Assembly: GCA_965218785.1 (NCBI GenBank)
Contig: OZ244650.1
Coordinates: 1,152,001 to 1,216,000, forward strand
Length of the DNA: 64,000 bases
Origin: Nitrosopumilus sp.
Lineage (GTDB): Archaea > Thermoproteota > Nitrososphaeria > Nitrososphaerales > Nitrosopumilaceae
Direction: 5' to 3'
Under the pieces are notes generated by a model. It searched no databases. It was not told where the DNA came from and was given only the letters and a program-made list of their open reading frames with translations. Position 1 is the stretch's first letter. The number at the start of each line of letters is the position of its first letter. The translations under genes were made by a program, and so were the position numbers. Shown here in pieces: positions 62,010 to 64,000 of this stretch.

Positions 62010-62573
62010 ATGTTTGGTAAAAAATTGGGAGATCCACTACTTGATGAAAAAGAGAATGAAAAGATATCTCCCCGGTTAGACGAGGGGGAGAAGATTATAA
62101 TGTCAATCAGGCAGTCCAGGATAAAGCCAGGAGGTGCTGCCATTGTAACACCCAATTCCATATTTGTTACTCCAAATAGAATTATAATCCGAAATCCAAT
62201 CAGACTTGGATTTGGAGAGCATATTGAAGAGTATTTTTATCATCAAATTACCAATGTCCGTCTTGAAAAGGGATTGATGTCATCATCACTGGTATTTGCA
62301 ATTCCCGGGTTGACTGAAATATCAAAGACCGACAGGAAGCTCATGTTGTGGGGTCGTGATTCTGAGGGGATCATTGATGCAATTCCAAAGGCAGGTGCAG
62401 AGGCCATGTATAACTACGTCAGGGAACGAATTGAGGAGGCGAAACTCAAAAAAGAAGAGGGCAAGACACCTCAAAACACTGCAACAGATCCGATTAATGA
62501 GCTCAAGGTGAGATATGCCAGGGGCGAGATTACCAAGGAAGAGTTTGAAGAGATGAAGAGTGTTCTGGAATAA
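62010..62573 (+). CDS. Bacterial-type PH domain + SHOCT domain protein
   Basis: LDEGEKI, IFVTPNRII, ITNVRLEKG; C-terminal LKVRYARGEITKEEFEEMK. Confidence 0.85.
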   Translation: MFGKKLGDPLLDEKENEKISPRLDEGEKIIMSIRQSRIKPGGAAIVTPNSIFVTPNRIIIRNPIRLGFGEHIEEYFYHQITNVRLEKGLMSSSLVFAIPGLTEISKTDRKLMLWGRDSEGIIDAIPKAGAEAMYNYVRERIEEAKLKKEEGKTPQNTATDPINELKVRYARGEITKEEFEEMKSVLE

Positions 62574-62611
62574 AAAGAAGGGTATGGACCAATTCTGGTG
62601 ATCTTGTAGTT

Positions 62612-62845
62612 CTAATCAGATGTAGATTTTAACCGCTGATATGTGCTAGGACTTGTTCGTATAATTAATCCCTTAGAACACAAGTCATTAATTCTACTCC
62701 TAATCCTATGTCTGACATCTATATGATTTATTACTTGATTCTCCTGTGCATAAGTTTCTTCAATTATTTTGTATACATCTTGTAGGGTGTGTTTTTTTTC
62801 ATCTTCAAATATGCTTAAAACAAGATTAGACATTATTATTTTCAT
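62612..62845 (-). CDS. Small winged-helix protein
   Basis: TLQDVY...RHRIRSRINDL..KGLIIR...TY; overlaps upstream nuclease stop. Confidence 0.55.
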   Translation of the reverse strand: MKIIMSNLVLSIFEDEKKHTLQDVYKIIEETYAQENQVINHIDVRHRIRSRINDLCSKGLIIRTSPSTYQRLKSTSD

Positions 62846-63951
62846 CGATTCTCGTCCTCAATTATTTCATTCCATTTTTCTTTATGTATGTACAATAAAG
62901 CTGGATCAGTTTCAAGTAATCCTACATAATTTCTTATAAAATCATTAGTAGATCTTAAAAGACGTAAATAGTATTTTAGAGTCTGCATGACTCCGTTTAC
63001 AATAACTTGACATTCATGTTTATTTTCAGTTTTACGTATTTCATCAATTACATCATTAGTTGCATTATAATCATTAAACGTAGTTAAGAGATAATATCGG
63101 TCAATCTCTTCACGTTTAAATTTTTCGTAAGACAAAAACACCATCTCCCTTGTTATGACTTGATCATGTTTTACCTCAATCGCTTCAAATATGCCCCCCT
63201 TAGCATTTTCTATTTCTATATCTCCGATAGATCCTGTCCTGGAATCCGCGGCTGTGTGCGACTCTAGTGGTTTAAGTTTATAATCTTTGTATCGTTCTAT
63301 TTCGACAATCATTTGTTGATATGCAGAATATATTGCAAGTACAGGAAGTCTGGCTGCACCACGTCCAGCATATTCTCCTGTAAAATGTCTATATAAAATA
63401 CGTATTATTTCTTCAATATGTAAATCACAGGGGACAGTGAGTTCTATTTGTTGTCTATTTCTATCTTCTAATAATTTTTGTAAAAAATAAATCATTAAAG
63501 TATCTGCCGAATGTTCATTCACTTGTACTTCATTTATGAGATTTAAAAAAGCATCTTTAACTTTCGGAGAACTCATCTCAGCATTATAATTCATGGTGTA
63601 AGGATTGTTACTTTCAAATGACCTGGTGAGCCATCCAGAACCGGATTTCATATATGGAAAATTATTGGTACGTAGAAAATCCGTTGTGACCTTTTGATCT
63701 AAACCCCGACCAGAATATCCACCATTCATCTGTTTTTGATGATAACGTATATCCTGTTGTGGAACTATTGATTTTTTGAGAAATGATGTAAGTAATACCG
63801 CTAAAGGTGAACGAGTTGTACTTTTTAATATTATATCCGACCATTGTTCTATATTTTCAGCAAGAATGATTCGAGGTTGTTGTTGGGCGTCCTCAAAACG
63901 TTGTAAAAGTCTATTTTCATATATTGAATAATCAATGCGTCTTTCAGTCAA
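62842..63951 (-). CDS. Putative type II restriction endonuclease
   Basis: GYSGR.LD, SGWLTRS, ESHTAAD...GDIE...IEVKH (PD-(D/E)xK). Confidence 0.7.
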   Translation of the reverse strand: MTERRIDYSIYENRLLQRFEDAQQQPRIILAENIEQWSDIILKSTTRSPLAVLLTSFLKKSIVPQQDIRYHQKQMNGGYSGRGLDQKVTTDFLRTNNFPYMKSGSGWLTRSFESNNPYTMNYNAEMSSPKVKDAFLNLINEVQVNEHSADTLMIYFLQKLLEDRNRQQIELTVPCDLHIEEIIRILYRHFTGEYAGRGAARLPVLAIYSAYQQMIVEIERYKDYKLKPLESHTAADSRTGSIGDIEIENAKGGIFEAIEVKHDQVITREMVFLSYEKFKREEIDRYYLLTTFNDYNATNDVIDEIRKTENKHECQVIVNGVMQTLKYYLRLLRSTNDFIRNYVGLLETDPALLYIHKEKWNEIIEDENR

Positions 63952-64000
63952 AGAACATCACCTATTCTCTCTGTCGCGGTTTTACAGTAGTTTGGATTTA

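Overview
Archaeal chromosome segment, most likely a Nitrosopumilaceae (Thaumarchaeota/Nitrososphaerota) genome, judged from the purP, purS-purQ-purL-purF-purC, tatAC, ubiX, CBS-TrkH and DUF151 genes. GC-richer core blocks (about 33.9-42.6, 45.1-49.9 and 52.4-54.8 kb) alternate with AT-rich accessory islands. The 1-33 kb island is rich in defence/conflict genes: a DUF1998 helicase operon, an accessory Mre11/Rad50 (SbcDC) pair with a GHKL-ATPase/HExxH protein, a PIN protein, a fused restriction-methylase broken at a G17 tract, an EgtD-like methyltransferase with a G18 tract, DUF5131, a TRAFAC GTPase + GAP1-N2-like + membrane protein operon, and Cas2-like, SRA-like and HNH genes separated by three ~130-bp palindrome-bearing direct repeats. 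A small island at 50-52 kb encodes a translationally coupled pair of divergent proteasome-fold (Ntn hydrolase) genes, one with and one without the catalytic residues. At least ten IS3-family remnants are scattered through the islands. No rRNA, tRNA or CRISPR array was seen. Several frameshifts fall in homopolymers and may be sequencing errors. All family assignments are from motif recognition by eye, not database searches.
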